Shown here piece after piece: positions 48,511 through 59,097 of a stretch of 60,239 bases of DNA; positions within the stretch are counted from its first letter, which is position 1, and every line of letters starts with the position of its first letter. The notes beneath the pieces are model-generated. The model ran no database searches. It saw only the letters and a list, made by a program, of their open reading frames with translations, and was not told where the DNA came from. A program made the position numbers and the translations under genes. This DNA is from a virus (taxonomy: Duplodnaviria; Caudoviricetes): positions 1 through 60,239 of the IMG/VR virus record IMGVR_UViG_3300045738_002385; one strand, written 5' to 3'.

Positions 48511-48921
48511 GTGATAAAGCGAGAACAGATCGATGAAGCTAAGCAAAAAATGGTTAATAAAATCTTAGCGGATATTAAGCTAAGCGAAATAGTTGTATTA
48601 ATCATAGAAAAAGCAGGAGAAAGAGCAGACAAGACCCTGCAGAACATGTCAGAAAAAGAGCTACTCAAGCTCATAAGGGGAGATCAACCACAACCCAAAG
48701 CCCCCGAATACAGAGGCAAATCGACTATAAGGGGCTCGATAAAAGGGTCAAAGAGAAAGAGCGTCGAGCCTGTTGCCAAAGAGGCCCCCGGCTTATTCTC
48801 CCCTATAAGTAAATATTTTAAAAATTTATTTAGTAAACTATCACCCCCAACGAAGAAAAAAGCCCCACCAAAGAAAAAAAGAAAAAGAAAAGGGTTTGTA
48901 ACAAAAGGGGAAAAAAATTGA
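48511..48921 (+). CDS. Hypothetical basic protein
   Basis: 136 aa, GTG start just after TATAAT (48500-48505). Confidence 0.6.
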   Translation: MIKREQIDEAKQKMVNKILADIKLSEIVVLIIEKAGERADKTLQNMSEKELLKLIRGDQPQPKAPEYRGKSTIRGSIKGSKRKSVEPVAKEAPGLFSPISKYFKNLFSKLSPPTKKKAPPKKKRKRKGFVTKGEKN

Positions 48922-48959
48922 ATCTTTCTGTAGTTTTCATAATAGTGTAACCAATATGT

Positions 48960-50744
48960 ATGGCCTACATTCCTCTAGACAAGAAGACTCTCAAGTCTGA
49001 AAACTTTAAGTTTTCCCACTATCTTACGGGAAACTCTGGGCTTTTTGTCGGTACAGTGGCCATACAGCAGCACCTCGATCAGCATCCATCTCCATTAGAT
49101 TCTCCTACACAGACCCTAGATGTAGCAGGGAATATTACGGGGTATACAGGGTACTTTAGGGAGCTAAATGTAGACCATACTGCATATATAGAGGATTTAT
49201 TCGCTCATACATTGACGGTTATGGGCACAAAAACCATTGTAAACACAACCGATCTCGCCGTAAGGGATAATGTAATTTCTTTAAACAGCGGAGAGCTGGG
49301 TAACGGAGTTTCATTAAGGTATGCGGGGATAGAAATTGACAGGGGGGCAGTCACCTCAAATGCTTTGATCTTATGGGATGAAGCTAAGGATTTGTGGACC
49401 ATGGGTTATTCTGGCAATATGTGCGACATCGCTTGCATAAGCCAAGTTCAAGCCGCTTCGGGCGAATACAACACAGCAGTAAATATAGGACCAGCCTTTG
49501 CAACTGGGATATATAGCGGAGAGGTTGGTAAAGAATTCAAATTCAAAAAAATCATGGCTGGTGACAATGTTACCATAACTGGCACAGATGACGTTATTGG
49601 TATTTCTGTCAGCGCGATTGGGGCAGGCCTTATTCCTGATACAAGAAAAGTTTCTGCAGGAAGCGGATTACAGCACGGGGGGCCGCTTACTTCTGACATC
49701 ACTGTAGATGTCGGTGACGGAAGTGGACTGTATGTAACAGATAATCATGTCCATGTCAGCGGCGGGGAAGGGGTATACGTTACGGAAGACGCTGTGCATA
49801 TTAGTGGCGGAAGCGGCATATGCGTTACCGGTGATGCTGTGCACGTCGATAAAAATGTTTTATTTAACTTAGGCATGATGAAGTCTGGCTGGGTGCCTAC
49901 CGGCGTATATGACAGTGGCGAATTTGGAATGATGGCTTTTGATTATCAATATTTATATCTGTGCGTTAAGGGGGGAGAGCAGGTCGTTGCTCCGATAACA
50001 GACTCTTCGTCGCTTCTTCATGTCGTTAGCGCGAGCGGGAGCGCGCATCACAGCACGGTCCAAAAGAAATTGGGGGTTTCTTCTATTAGTTTGGACGGGG
50101 ACGATTGGCTCGCTGTTGCAGACCATTCATCTCTAGACATGCAGGGCGGCGATTTTACTATGGAAACTTGGATATACCTAACGAGTATGCCAATAACAAC
50201 TTCGGTCTTGTTTACCAAAAGAAATACATGGAACGGAAATGCCCCCTTCGGCATACCTGTTGCGCCATACGAAATCTTCATCTATAACAATGGAGCAATA
50301 GGGTTGGCCATATCATGCAACGCTAATGACCCAACCCCGGGATGGCAATCGGGCAGTAATAGCGCGGCAGGGACAATCCAAGCCAATACATGGCATCACA
50401 TTGCTTTTGTAAGAACAAATAGCAATAACCGTTTTACTATTTATGTAAATGGTGCATACGCGATTCATGGTCAGGTTGCGGGCGCTGCGACTCAAAACAC
50501 AGCCCCATTGGTAATCGGCGCGGGTGCGGCAGACGGAACAAGACCATTAACCGGATTCATAGACGGAGTAAAAATAACAAAAGGGGCAGCGCTATATACG
50601 TCTACCTTTACGCCCCCATCTACCCTGTGGACCGAAAGCCTTGGTTTCGGATATAGTACCGTTCTATTGATTAACTCTAATGCGGAATACGTATTAGGGG
50701 ATGGTATATGGAGAAGAACAGCAATTTCAGAATGGGAATGTTAA
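48960..50744 (+). CDS. Fibre protein with a C-terminal LamG domain
   Basis: DFTMETWIY, TWHHIAFVR and GFIDGVKIT motifs; shares the fibre module with 45741; GTGTAA at 48945. Confidence 0.8.
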   Translation: MAYIPLDKKTLKSENFKFSHYLTGNSGLFVGTVAIQQHLDQHPSPLDSPTQTLDVAGNITGYTGYFRELNVDHTAYIEDLFAHTLTVMGTKTIVNTTDLAVRDNVISLNSGELGNGVSLRYAGIEIDRGAVTSNALILWDEAKDLWTMGYSGNMCDIACISQVQAASGEYNTAVNIGPAFATGIYSGEVGKEFKFKKIMAGDNVTITGTDDVIGISVSAIGAGLIPDTRKVSAGSGLQHGGPLTSDITVDVGDGSGLYVTDNHVHVSGGEGVYVTEDAVHISGGSGICVTGDAVHVDKNVLFNLGMMKSGWVPTGVYDSGEFGMMAFDYQYLYLCVKGGEQVVAPITDSSSLLHVVSASGSAHHSTVQKKLGVSSISLDGDDWLAVADHSSLDMQGGDFTMETWIYLTSMPITTSVLFTKRNTWNGNAPFGIPVAPYEIFIYNNGAIGLAISCNANDPTPGWQSGSNSAAGTIQANTWHHIAFVRTNSNNRFTIYVNGAYAIHGQVAGAATQNTAPLVIGAGAADGTRPLTGFIDGVKITKGAALYTSTFTPPSTLWTESLGFGYSTVLLINSNAEYVLGDGIWRRTAISEWEC

Positions 50745-50747
50745 GGC

Positions 50748-53700
50748 ATGGCATATTATAATTTATATTTAGTAAGAAGCGGATTTACTGGCTGGGAAGA
50801 TACCTGTAACACCGGAGTATCTTACTACGAAGGGAACTTCGGTATAGGCAAGTGGTTTCCAAGCGCAAAGCTTCACGTCGCTGATGAAAGCGGGGTATAT
50901 GCAGAGTTTCAAGATTCCACGCACTCGACAACAGAAAGTGAGTTTACGTCCTATATAAAATATGCAGACAAAAGCGGGTTGATGGTCGGCACTATTGGGT
51001 TCGAGGAAACCGGAAACAAAAATCTATACATTCATAGTTCCACGACTGGGGAAACAAGGTTTTTAATTGATGACAGTTTTGTAGCTTTATTTAATAACTC
51101 TGGAGAATTTGGGGTTAACATACAATCTCCCGAAGCAAAAATACACGTGGTGCAAGACAGCGCGACAAAACACGTTGCTGTCTTTGAGAGAACCGGAGCG
51201 CCGGATTCACCCCCAGATCTTATAATAACAAACGATGGTCGGGTTGGGATAAATGTTGGCTCCCCAGACTATACGCTTCACGTAAGTGGGCACGACAAAG
51301 CTTCTGTGGGCACGATCTATTCTGAAAGCTATGTCTATAAAAGCGGTATAGAAGATGCCGCTTTCAACGTCTCCATAGATTATGATGGCCCCACGTTTAG
51401 AAGTATAGATTTACCTACGGGTTACGTAACTCAATTTAACACAGTCAATGGTTCGGACGTAAACAAAAACAACGAAGTAAAAGCAACAACAGTAAGACTA
51501 TATGCTCCTAGCGGAAATGCGCCTATAGACTTTAGCGCTGGGATAAGGTTCTTGGGCAACGTGCCGACAGGAGTACCCTCCGGAAAAGTTGGGGTTGTTG
51601 CCTTCAATTCGTTTGGCCCAAGCGCGACTGATACTGTGGCTGTATACAGAGAAGAGGGGGTATCTCTCGTTGGAGAAACTGGTCCAGCTGGACCTCCCGG
51701 TACAGGTGATCCCGGGGATGGTTTTTCTAATAAAATAATAGGAGGGTTTTTCACCCTAAATCCTTGGCAGAGAGAAACTGTCTTTTATGATATACAGAGC
51801 GGAGAATATTCTGCAGATAGATTTGCGTACTTAAAATGCGATGGTAGCGGCAAGGTCACAAGCGAGGTAGTCTATCTCCCAGACTACACAATAGAACATA
51901 ACATAATAAGAGATCCAGACGCGCCCCCAACCGGGCTAAATCAATTGGCAGAGCAATGCTCTTTAGGAATAGAGTGTGTGCAGGGAAAAAATACAAAGGT
52001 CATGTTCACTAGCACCCCCTACACGGGGCAACATATAGAGGTGAGGCACTTTGGAGGGGCAACATCGTGCCATAGTGATAGGGCGTGGATTGATACAGGG
52101 AATAACTCCATCATTAGATACGGAGACGGGGAGAAAACATATTATGACTCAACATATACAGGAACAGATGAAAATAGAATTTTTGTTTCCCTGAACGGAG
52201 TAATACAACCCCCTGACTCTTATGAAGTAACCGGAAGCGGACTAACGTTCGGCGAAGCACCGTTCGAAGGAGCAAAAATAGAATTTAAATATTTTTCAGG
52301 CTCTAGCGGTTCTACAAATGATGTTTTTTATGGGGATGGACAGGGAACTGGATTCCATATGTCCGTTTCTATTCCTACTGGGTCTCAAAATGTTAATGGA
52401 GATCCATATTGGAATAGCGTTCGTTTACTTATCCAATCAGACACGTATGATGGAGATGGAAGCTTTCCAGATTCATCTCTACATAGTCAGGTAGTAACCC
52501 CAACTGGCGACACGCATCACAAGACAATTTTCAATGATACCGACCCATTCGGTAACGCAAATAAATCAGCCATATATTTTGATGGAAACAACGATTCGCT
52601 TATTGTGGAAACCCCTGTCGATGATAGTTTATCTTTCGACGAAAATGCATCATTTACTATCGAATGCTGGGTAAAAACCAACCAAGCGGCTCAAAGTGAA
52701 TATACTATATTATATCAAAGAAGGGCCGAAGCATACGTCCCCGAAGCCGGTGACAAATTCCATAGACTGATGTTTGGAAAAATAGGAGACAGCCCCGGCA
52801 AGATTTTCTTTGATCTTTCGATGTCTGATGGCAATAATGGGTTCACTAATCAAAGGATCTATTCAAATGATGTTTTGAACAATAACAGCTGGCATCATGT
52901 TGCTGCGGTTGTCGACCGAGACAATAGCGAAGCAAGGCTATACGTAGATGGAGAGTTTCAAGGAGGCGGTTCAATATCAGACAGCCTAGAATATCCAGTT
53001 GATATTGTTCTTGGCGAAGCGCAAGCGAGCCTTGGGGTAAGCTATCCCGAATTAGATTTTAAGCGTTATTTATATGATTTTCGCATAACAAACGTGGCTA
53101 GATATTCATCTAATTTTACTAGGCCTACCGAGACATTTCCCACAATACCCTTTGTGTCTCCAACTTGCTCAAATGGTATTTGCGAAACAAACTGCCCCGT
53201 TGTTATGTTGGATGGTCTTGTGCAGACCCCTAACATGGGCTACAATATAACCGGAGGAAGTGGCATAAATTTCTTTTCTCCGCCTTACTCTGGACAAAGG
53301 GTAGACGTAAGGAATTTAGGATTTCCTGAGATGAGCCTTCTCCCAGCTATTCAAACCGGGGTAAGCACCTGTACTGTAGACACTTTTGTGGGAAATGGAA
53401 TAGAGAGAGGATTTAGATTGTCTGGGCCATTTAGCGATTGTCTTTTGGTTTCCTTGAACGGAATTGTGCAAAGGGTAGACGAAGACTATGTCATTGCCCC
53501 CTGCGAATTGGATCCTTATGATTTCGTTTCTGTGCAGCATCCAATTGAAGGATACAACTCCATAGCTCTTCCGAAATCAGATTTCACACTTTCTTTTAAT
53601 GCTAAGTCAAATAAGTCTGGGTCGTATTCTGTCGCTTTTAGAAACGAGGCAATGGACGAAAGTTATATTGCTAATTATTATTTATCTGACACAGACGTGT

Positions 53701-54368
53701 GGCACAGAATAGTCATAAACTGTAATCCCATGTCTGGGATAAGGCCGAGTTGGAATTTTGACAGCGGAATAGGATTGAGGGTAGATTGGGTTTTGGGGGC
53801 TGGGTCAGGCTATAATGCCCCGGTCAACAACTCTTGGGTTACTGGTAATTATTTAACATTTTCTGGTTCTACAACCGTCGGTTGCGAAACAGAAGACATG
53901 GCGTGTGTAAATGGAATCTGTAGTGGGCACGTATTGAAGATTGCATCAGCGTATTTGTCGAAGGGAAGACTGTCGTACAATCTGTATACCCCCACAAGAT
54001 CTATAGGTGACGAGCTACATCTTTGCCAGAGGTATTATGAAAAACAAAACTTTTTGGAAGGTGAAACTGTGTCCTTGGCTCAGGCTTATAGCGACAATGC
54101 AGCGACAGGGGCAGCTTTAAAATACGAAGTAAAGAAAAGGACTTTCCCGGATATTGACGTCTCCCCGACTGGAGTATTTGGGGTGAGCAATGCCGATTAC
54201 TCTAGCGTAGATAATGTGTCTGAAATATTCTTCTCAAAAGCCTCTCTGAGCGCCGTATCTATAGGGGTGGTGGGAACAACTGGGGCGCTTTCTCAAGGAA
54301 ATTCGACAACAATATCGATGAAAACACCCAGCGGTTATATTGCAATCGACTCAGAATTTAAGGTGTAA
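50748..54368 (+). CDS. Large fibre/virion protein with a LamG domain
   Basis: GRVGINV repeats; VSLNGVIQ-type repeats; FTIECWVK...WHHVAAV LamG motifs; ELHLCQRYYE fibre motif. Confidence 0.8.
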   Translation: MAYYNLYLVRSGFTGWEDTCNTGVSYYEGNFGIGKWFPSAKLHVADESGVYAEFQDSTHSTTESEFTSYIKYADKSGLMVGTIGFEETGNKNLYIHSSTTGETRFLIDDSFVALFNNSGEFGVNIQSPEAKIHVVQDSATKHVAVFERTGAPDSPPDLIITNDGRVGINVGSPDYTLHVSGHDKASVGTIYSESYVYKSGIEDAAFNVSIDYDGPTFRSIDLPTGYVTQFNTVNGSDVNKNNEVKATTVRLYAPSGNAPIDFSAGIRFLGNVPTGVPSGKVGVVAFNSFGPSATDTVAVYREEGVSLVGETGPAGPPGTGDPGDGFSNKIIGGFFTLNPWQRETVFYDIQSGEYSADRFAYLKCDGSGKVTSEVVYLPDYTIEHNIIRDPDAPPTGLNQLAEQCSLGIECVQGKNTKVMFTSTPYTGQHIEVRHFGGATSCHSDRAWIDTGNNSIIRYGDGEKTYYDSTYTGTDENRIFVSLNGVIQPPDSYEVTGSGLTFGEAPFEGAKIEFKYFSGSSGSTNDVFYGDGQGTGFHMSVSIPTGSQNVNGDPYWNSVRLLIQSDTYDGDGSFPDSSLHSQVVTPTGDTHHKTIFNDTDPFGNANKSAIYFDGNNDSLIVETPVDDSLSFDENASFTIECWVKTNQAAQSEYTILYQRRAEAYVPEAGDKFHRLMFGKIGDSPGKIFFDLSMSDGNNGFTNQRIYSNDVLNNNSWHHVAAVVDRDNSEARLYVDGEFQGGGSISDSLEYPVDIVLGEAQASLGVSYPELDFKRYLYDFRITNVARYSSNFTRPTETFPTIPFVSPTCSNGICETNCPVVMLDGLVQTPNMGYNITGGSGINFFSPPYSGQRVDVRNLGFPEMSLLPAIQTGVSTCTVDTFVGNGIERGFRLSGPFSDCLLVSLNGIVQRVDEDYVIAPCELDPYDFVSVQHPIEGYNSIALPKSDFTLSFNAKSNKSGSYSVAFRNEAMDESYIANYYLSDTDVWHRIVINCNPMSGIRPSWNFDSGIGLRVDWVLGAGSGYNAPVNNSWVTGNYLTFSGSTTVGCETEDMACVNGICSGHVLKIASAYLSKGRLSYNLYTPTRSIGDELHLCQRYYEKQNFLEGETVSLAQAYSDNAATGAALKYEVKKRTFPDIDVSPTGVFGVSNADYSSVDNVSEIFFSKASLSAVSIGVVGTTGALSQGNSTTISMKTPSGYIAIDSEFKV

Positions 54369-54394
54369 TTACTAATATAATGTAGAGAAAAATC

Positions 54395-55093
54395 ATGGTA
54401 ACAAAAGGATACATACTTCACTCTGGCACAACCGTTAATTTTAATAGCGGCATGAACGCCTCTCAGATACAAGAGCAAATAGACTTGATGCCCAAAAGGC
54501 TAGGTGGAAACAGCTTAACGTTTAATTTTGATACCGGAACGTATACTCTGGAAGATGGGTTGATTTTTTCAGATTTTCATGGTGGAAGTTTGCATATTTT
54601 AGGTGACCAATCTGATAATGCTGCGACAATAGTAAAAGGGTCTGTGCTGGGGTTTGCTCCTTCTGGGCAGAGCTACCTTAGCTTAGATAACTTGCATTGC
54701 AAAACATATGTTTCTGCCCTAGCTATAAGTGGGGCGACTACTGGCTCAGCAGTTTCTGTGCGAAATTGTAGCCCCGTAACCGTGGAGGGCTGTTTGTCAG
54801 TAATGGGAACGGGCTCTGGATATGGGGTACGATACGAAAAATCATACGGTGATATAAAACACAATTATATAGTTAGTGGGCAATATGGAATATATAACGA
54901 AGGTGGACACATACACGTTCATAATAACAACTCGTCTGGAGACGCTACTGGTCAACTAGGAAGTGGAAATCCATACCCTTGGTATGGGATGTGGTCAGAT
55001 AAAGGTGGAATTATAAGCAAGCAATCAAGCTCCCTACATCCAAGTGGCATAACTGGAGAAGGCAATGGAAATGCTGGAGTATTTTGGAATTAA
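54395..55093 (+). CDS. Beta-helix (pectin lyase-like) virion protein
   Basis: IQEQID..P...GTYT followed by GIY/GVRY repeats; GTGTAA at 54363. Confidence 0.55.
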   Translation: MVTKGYILHSGTTVNFNSGMNASQIQEQIDLMPKRLGGNSLTFNFDTGTYTLEDGLIFSDFHGGSLHILGDQSDNAATIVKGSVLGFAPSGQSYLSLDNLHCKTYVSALAISGATTGSAVSVRNCSPVTVEGCLSVMGTGSGYGVRYEKSYGDIKHNYIVSGQYGIYNEGGHIHVHNNNSSGDATGQLGSGNPYPWYGMWSDKGGIISKQSSSLHPSGITGEGNGNAGVFWN

Positions 55094-55098
55094 TAAAA

Positions 55099-55590
55099 AT
55101 GAAAATAGTAGACATAGCAGATGAATTATTTAGAGAATTGGGAGAGCCAACAGACCTGTCTATTCCGGCCATGAGCTTTTGGTTAAGGACGAACATAGGC
55201 AAATTAAACAATTTAATTAATATAGAACTTACAATTGATGATATAACTAAGGAATTTTCTACTGATTTGACAGAAGAGCAAAAAGTTATTTTTAAGAAAA
55301 TATATTCTATTCATTATTATGACGTAAAAATAAGGTCCGTTCTTGGTGCCGCATCACAAGATTCAATTAGAGAAGTAACGTCTGATGGATCAAGGATAAG
55401 AAAGTTTAGCAAAAATGATTTATCTAAAACTTATATTTCGGCGAGAAGAGAAGAAACGGAAGACCTTAGTCAACTAATAAATTCATATAAAAGCACAAAA
55501 TCTGCACCGATACAGGTCGTCGGCGATGACACTGTCCCTGAAGCACAAAATCCTGATACAGAATACGTAAGGATAAAAGATAATCAATAA
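55099..55590 (+). CDS. Putative head-tail adaptor
   Basis: First of four neck-sized genes before the tail tube; function inferred from synteny. Confidence 0.55.
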   Translation: MKIVDIADELFRELGEPTDLSIPAMSFWLRTNIGKLNNLINIELTIDDITKEFSTDLTEEQKVIFKKIYSIHYYDVKIRSVLGAASQDSIREVTSDGSRIRKFSKNDLSKTYISARREETEDLSQLINSYKSTKSAPIQVVGDDTVPEAQNPDTEYVRIKDNQ

Positions 55591-55653
55591 TATGAAAACA
55601 AAAACAGACATACTAAGAAACAATATTAAAACCTTAAACAACTACGAAAATTA

Positions 55654-56097
55654 ATGCCCTCTCTCATATCCACTTCTGACATACCTGATTTTACAGGAGC
55701 TCTTGGAGATCATTTTGATACCTTCAAGAGGGAGATAGTGGTGTACAAAGAGCCTCAAAGAATTGTCAACACTGGCCCATTTGATAGCGTACTAGCTGGT
55801 TACGATGATAGTTCTATCGAAGATAATATAACCTATGTTCCTGTTTCTGGAGTCTTTGATGGGCTGGTGGTTTACGAAGACGAACAAGACACAAGATACA
55901 TAAACATACTTAACTCATCAGTTAGCAAGGGCGTCATAAAAATAAAGGTAGAAAAAGACGCAAGAGACTTTATAAAAAACGGAAAAACAGAAAGAATAGA
56001 AGTAGACGAAAAATCCTTCAATACTGTAAGTGATGACAAAATTCAAAATTACTTAGGGATGAACTATTATATATTCTACTTGGAGGCAACAGACTAA
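55654..56097 (+). CDS. Putative head-closure protein
   Basis: Synteny and size (147 aa, beta-rich). Confidence 0.5.
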   Translation: MPSLISTSDIPDFTGALGDHFDTFKREIVVYKEPQRIVNTGPFDSVLAGYDDSSIEDNITYVPVSGVFDGLVVYEDEQDTRYINILNSSVSKGVIKIKVEKDARDFIKNGKTERIEVDEKSFNTVSDDKIQNYLGMNYYIFYLEATD

Positions 56098-56732
56098 TGC
56101 TACGACCTATAATAAAAAAAGTAAAAGTTAGCAGAAGAGCATTGGAAAAGCTTGTCAAAAAAGGCGTAGGCAGGAGCTCAAGAATAAAAGATAAAGCCTA
56201 TGAGATAGCGATCAAAAGAGTGCGAAGGGCAAAGTCTCAAGCTGTCTCAAAGTTCAATAAACATCCGGTTACTCAAGAGATAGAGGAGGGCCCGAACGCT
56301 TTTAACAAAAGCAGAACAATAGTTGGTAGAGGAAATTTGTTTAGTTTCATTGGCTTTTTCGAAGGGTCAAGGCCAACTAATATAGTTAGAGAGTACCTAG
56401 AAAGCTCTTCCCGCGTATATAGAAATAGTAAATTTGTTAACTCTGTGGCAAGTCAATCTTTTAACTTTAGGGTGGAACTACCTTCGTTGGACAAAATAAA
56501 AAGATTCACCCCACTCCCTTGGGAGAGCGGAAGGAGTTGGGTCGTTGGTATAGAAAGGGGCATATCTGGAATAGGAAACTATATGTATGGAAGATTCTCA
56601 GACAGTAGATCAGGTTCAGCCATCCAATCAAAAAGCGATGGAGGCTTTGGCCTCTTCAAAAAGACTAGGTACATGAGCGAGATAATTGCCGAGTTCCGGG
56701 CAAAAGTAACAGGGAGAATGATAAGGAGATGA
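56097..56732 (+). CDS. Putative tail-completion/neck protein
   Basis: Basic 211-aa protein in the usual neck position. Confidence 0.5.
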   Translation: MLRPIIKKVKVSRRALEKLVKKGVGRSSRIKDKAYEIAIKRVRRAKSQAVSKFNKHPVTQEIEEGPNAFNKSRTIVGRGNLFSFIGFFEGSRPTNIVREYLESSSRVYRNSKFVNSVASQSFNFRVELPSLDKIKRFTPLPWESGRSWVVGIERGISGIGNYMYGRFSDSRSGSAIQSKSDGGFGLFKKTRYMSEIIAEFRAKVTGRMIRR

Positions 56733-57598
56733 AAGCTCAATACGACAATATAATAATGTCTAGCTTTTTTTTATGGTTTGACCATGAGCTTTTGAAGAGA
56801 GGAGAAGCCTTCACGAACCATGGATCAAAACTTTATAAGGTAGATAATCTTTATCAAGGATATCATACTTATGGCTCTCCTTTTCGTCAGTTTGTGGCTG
56901 ACTGCTCAATACCGAACGCCACTGTAATGAGCGGGGTCTATGTAGATAACGTTTTCAGAAAAAGGGCTGAGTCTCAATTTACAGGGATAAACTATGGGCA
57001 AGGGCAGGTATACTTTACAGAAGAGCAGGGTGCTAGCTCGGTCATAAGCGGAAATTACTCCGTAAAAGACTTTAATGTCTTCTTAACCAACGAAACAGAA
57101 GAAAAGTTACTATTTGAGACCCAGTATCAATTATCAAACAAAACAAACCTTAATCCCACAGGGCTTCCGCCGGGGACAAAAAGCTATCCTGCTATTTTCT
57201 TGAAGAACAATGGGAGTCAAAACGACCCGTTTTTCTTTGGTGGGGAGGATAAAACAACTTTTAATGTAAGGGCTGTGGCACTTTCGGACTCACAGTTCAA
57301 ATTGGATGCAGTTTCGTCTATATTTAGGGATCAAGCCAGAAGCTACATCCCCGTCTTCAGCGCCGCAGAGCAACCGTTCAGTAGTATCGGCGACTTTTCC
57401 AGCGCACCAACCTGTTTCGATTATGTGGCAGAATCAGCTGGGAAAATAGGTACTGAAAATGATATCTTTATTAGGGATGTTAGTGTAACTAAGATTGGAG
57501 GATTGTCGTACGCACAATTGACGAATTTAAACCCAAATGTATATAGTGCAGTGATAGACTTCGATTTAGAAGATATCAGAACCCCGAGAAGTACATAA
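56729..57598 (+). CDS. Putative tail terminator protein
   Basis: Immediately upstream of the tail tube; YPAIFL motif. Confidence 0.55.
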   Translation: MKAQYDNIIMSSFFLWFDHELLKRGEAFTNHGSKLYKVDNLYQGYHTYGSPFRQFVADCSIPNATVMSGVYVDNVFRKRAESQFTGINYGQGQVYFTEEQGASSVISGNYSVKDFNVFLTNETEEKLLFETQYQLSNKTNLNPTGLPPGTKSYPAIFLKNNGSQNDPFFFGGEDKTTFNVRAVALSDSQFKLDAVSSIFRDQARSYIPVFSAAEQPFSSIGDFSSAPTCFDYVAESAGKIGTENDIFIRDVSVTKIGGLSYAQLTNLNPNVYSAVIDFDLEDIRTPRST

Positions 57599-57662
57599 AA
57601 AATGATTTCTCATAAACAAAAAATAAATGTAATAATTATTGCAAAGTAAAGGATTTTTAACC

Positions 57663-59033
57663 ATGGCCAGAAATAGAGTATTTTATCAATCAGAAGCGTT
57701 GTATGTAGGACCAACCCCTGCTAGTGGATTCCACATGAGCTACGGGGCGCTCGGCGACGTTTATCACGGAGACCCCTCGCTTGGCCTAGGCCATAGAGGA
57801 CACATGAATTCCGCCCCATTGGGCATTGCGGCCGGCAATATCGACGGTTTTGAGGCCGGCGGTGGCGTGCTCGCAGGAGACTCGGTCGGCGGTTCCACGC
57901 TTGCCGGTTCTGGGTATCAATCCTTGGTCAGACGACTTCACAGAATTCAAGACGTTAGCTACAGTTTCAACATCACCAGACAAGACGTTAACCAGTTCGG
58001 CGAATTGGCCGCAATTGATCGCGTGGTTCTGGAATCGCCCACAGTATCATTGGACTTTTCTTATATTCTTGCCAATTTAGAAAACGAACATATGCTCGGG
58101 TTCCACGTTGAGAAATCGGGTGTGGCTGCGGGCATTGCCCCATTAACGGCGCTGTCCGGGTTCTTGACCAAGGTTACTGACGAAAGAAATTATTTTATCC
58201 AAACCGTTCCCGAGGGTGATGACGCCCTTGGCGATGCAGAGAATGTGACCCATAACGACAAAGTAACTTCAGCTGGAAGAACTTCCGTTATCGGAATTGG
58301 AAATGGATTTATGACCTCTTATACTCAAGAAGCTTCCGTGGGAGATTTCCCAACCGCTTCCGTGAGTATTGAAGGCCTGAACATGGCATTTGACATTGGC
58401 ACAAGCGGAAACCATATTCCCGCTGTTAACCCAGAAGACGGAACGAAACTTACTACTGTTGAATATGCTCTACCTAGTGGAGTTAGCCACACCACCGGAA
58501 TTGGCGTAAATGATAAACTAAGTGCGCTTCGTCCGGGAGATATCACGTTTGATGTCACCAGAGCGGGTGGAGCCTCCATCAACGGTACTTTGACGGGCCT
58601 CATGTTAAGTGATGCCAAGATCCAAAGTTACAGCTTGAGCTTCGACCTTGCTCGTGATCCGCTGCAGAAACTCGGAAGCCGGTACGCATTCTCTAGAGAG
58701 ATTACGTTCCCGGTCACAGTGACTTGCACGGTTGACGCAAACGTAGGCGACCTTTACAGTGGTAACCTAGCCGATGTTATCGATGACGACTCGAACATTA
58801 ACTACGACATAGCCATTTCCCTAAGGGGTCCCTTGGCCAGTTCGGATAGCCTTCCGGTTGCTCGTTTCGACCTCAGGAACTGCAAGATCGATAGTCAAGA
58901 GTATAGCTCTGACGTCGGCAGCAACAAGTCTGTGTCCTTGACCTTCAGTTCCCAAATCGGTGGAACGAAGCAAACCACGAAGGGCTTGTTCATGAGCGGT
59001 ATTCGCGGAGCCGGTAACGTCGCAGACTGGTAA
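57663..59033 (+). CDS. Major tail tube protein
   Basis: Start moved to the ATG at 57663 (AAAGGA site); two tube-like halves (IQDVSYSFNITRQDVNQFG and IQSYSLSFDLARDPLQKLG); terminator follows. Confidence 0.75.
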   Translation: MARNRVFYQSEALYVGPTPASGFHMSYGALGDVYHGDPSLGLGHRGHMNSAPLGIAAGNIDGFEAGGGVLAGDSVGGSTLAGSGYQSLVRRLHRIQDVSYSFNITRQDVNQFGELAAIDRVVLESPTVSLDFSYILANLENEHMLGFHVEKSGVAAGIAPLTALSGFLTKVTDERNYFIQTVPEGDDALGDAENVTHNDKVTSAGRTSVIGIGNGFMTSYTQEASVGDFPTASVSIEGLNMAFDIGTSGNHIPAVNPEDGTKLTTVEYALPSGVSHTTGIGVNDKLSALRPGDITFDVTRAGGASINGTLTGLMLSDAKIQSYSLSFDLARDPLQKLGSRYAFSREITFPVTVTCTVDANVGDLYSGNLADVIDDDSNINYDIAISLRGPLASSDSLPVARFDLRNCKIDSQEYSSDVGSNKSVSLTFSSQIGGTKQTTKGLFMSGIRGAGNVADW

Positions 59034-59065
59034 ACTACATATAAGCTTTTAAAAGTTAACAATCC

Positions 59066-59097
59066 AGCCCCCCCCCACAAAGGGGGGCTTTTTTTTT
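59066..59097 (+). terminator. Intrinsic terminator after the tail tube gene
   Basis: AGCCCCCC...GGGGGGCT followed by a T tract. Confidence 0.85.
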
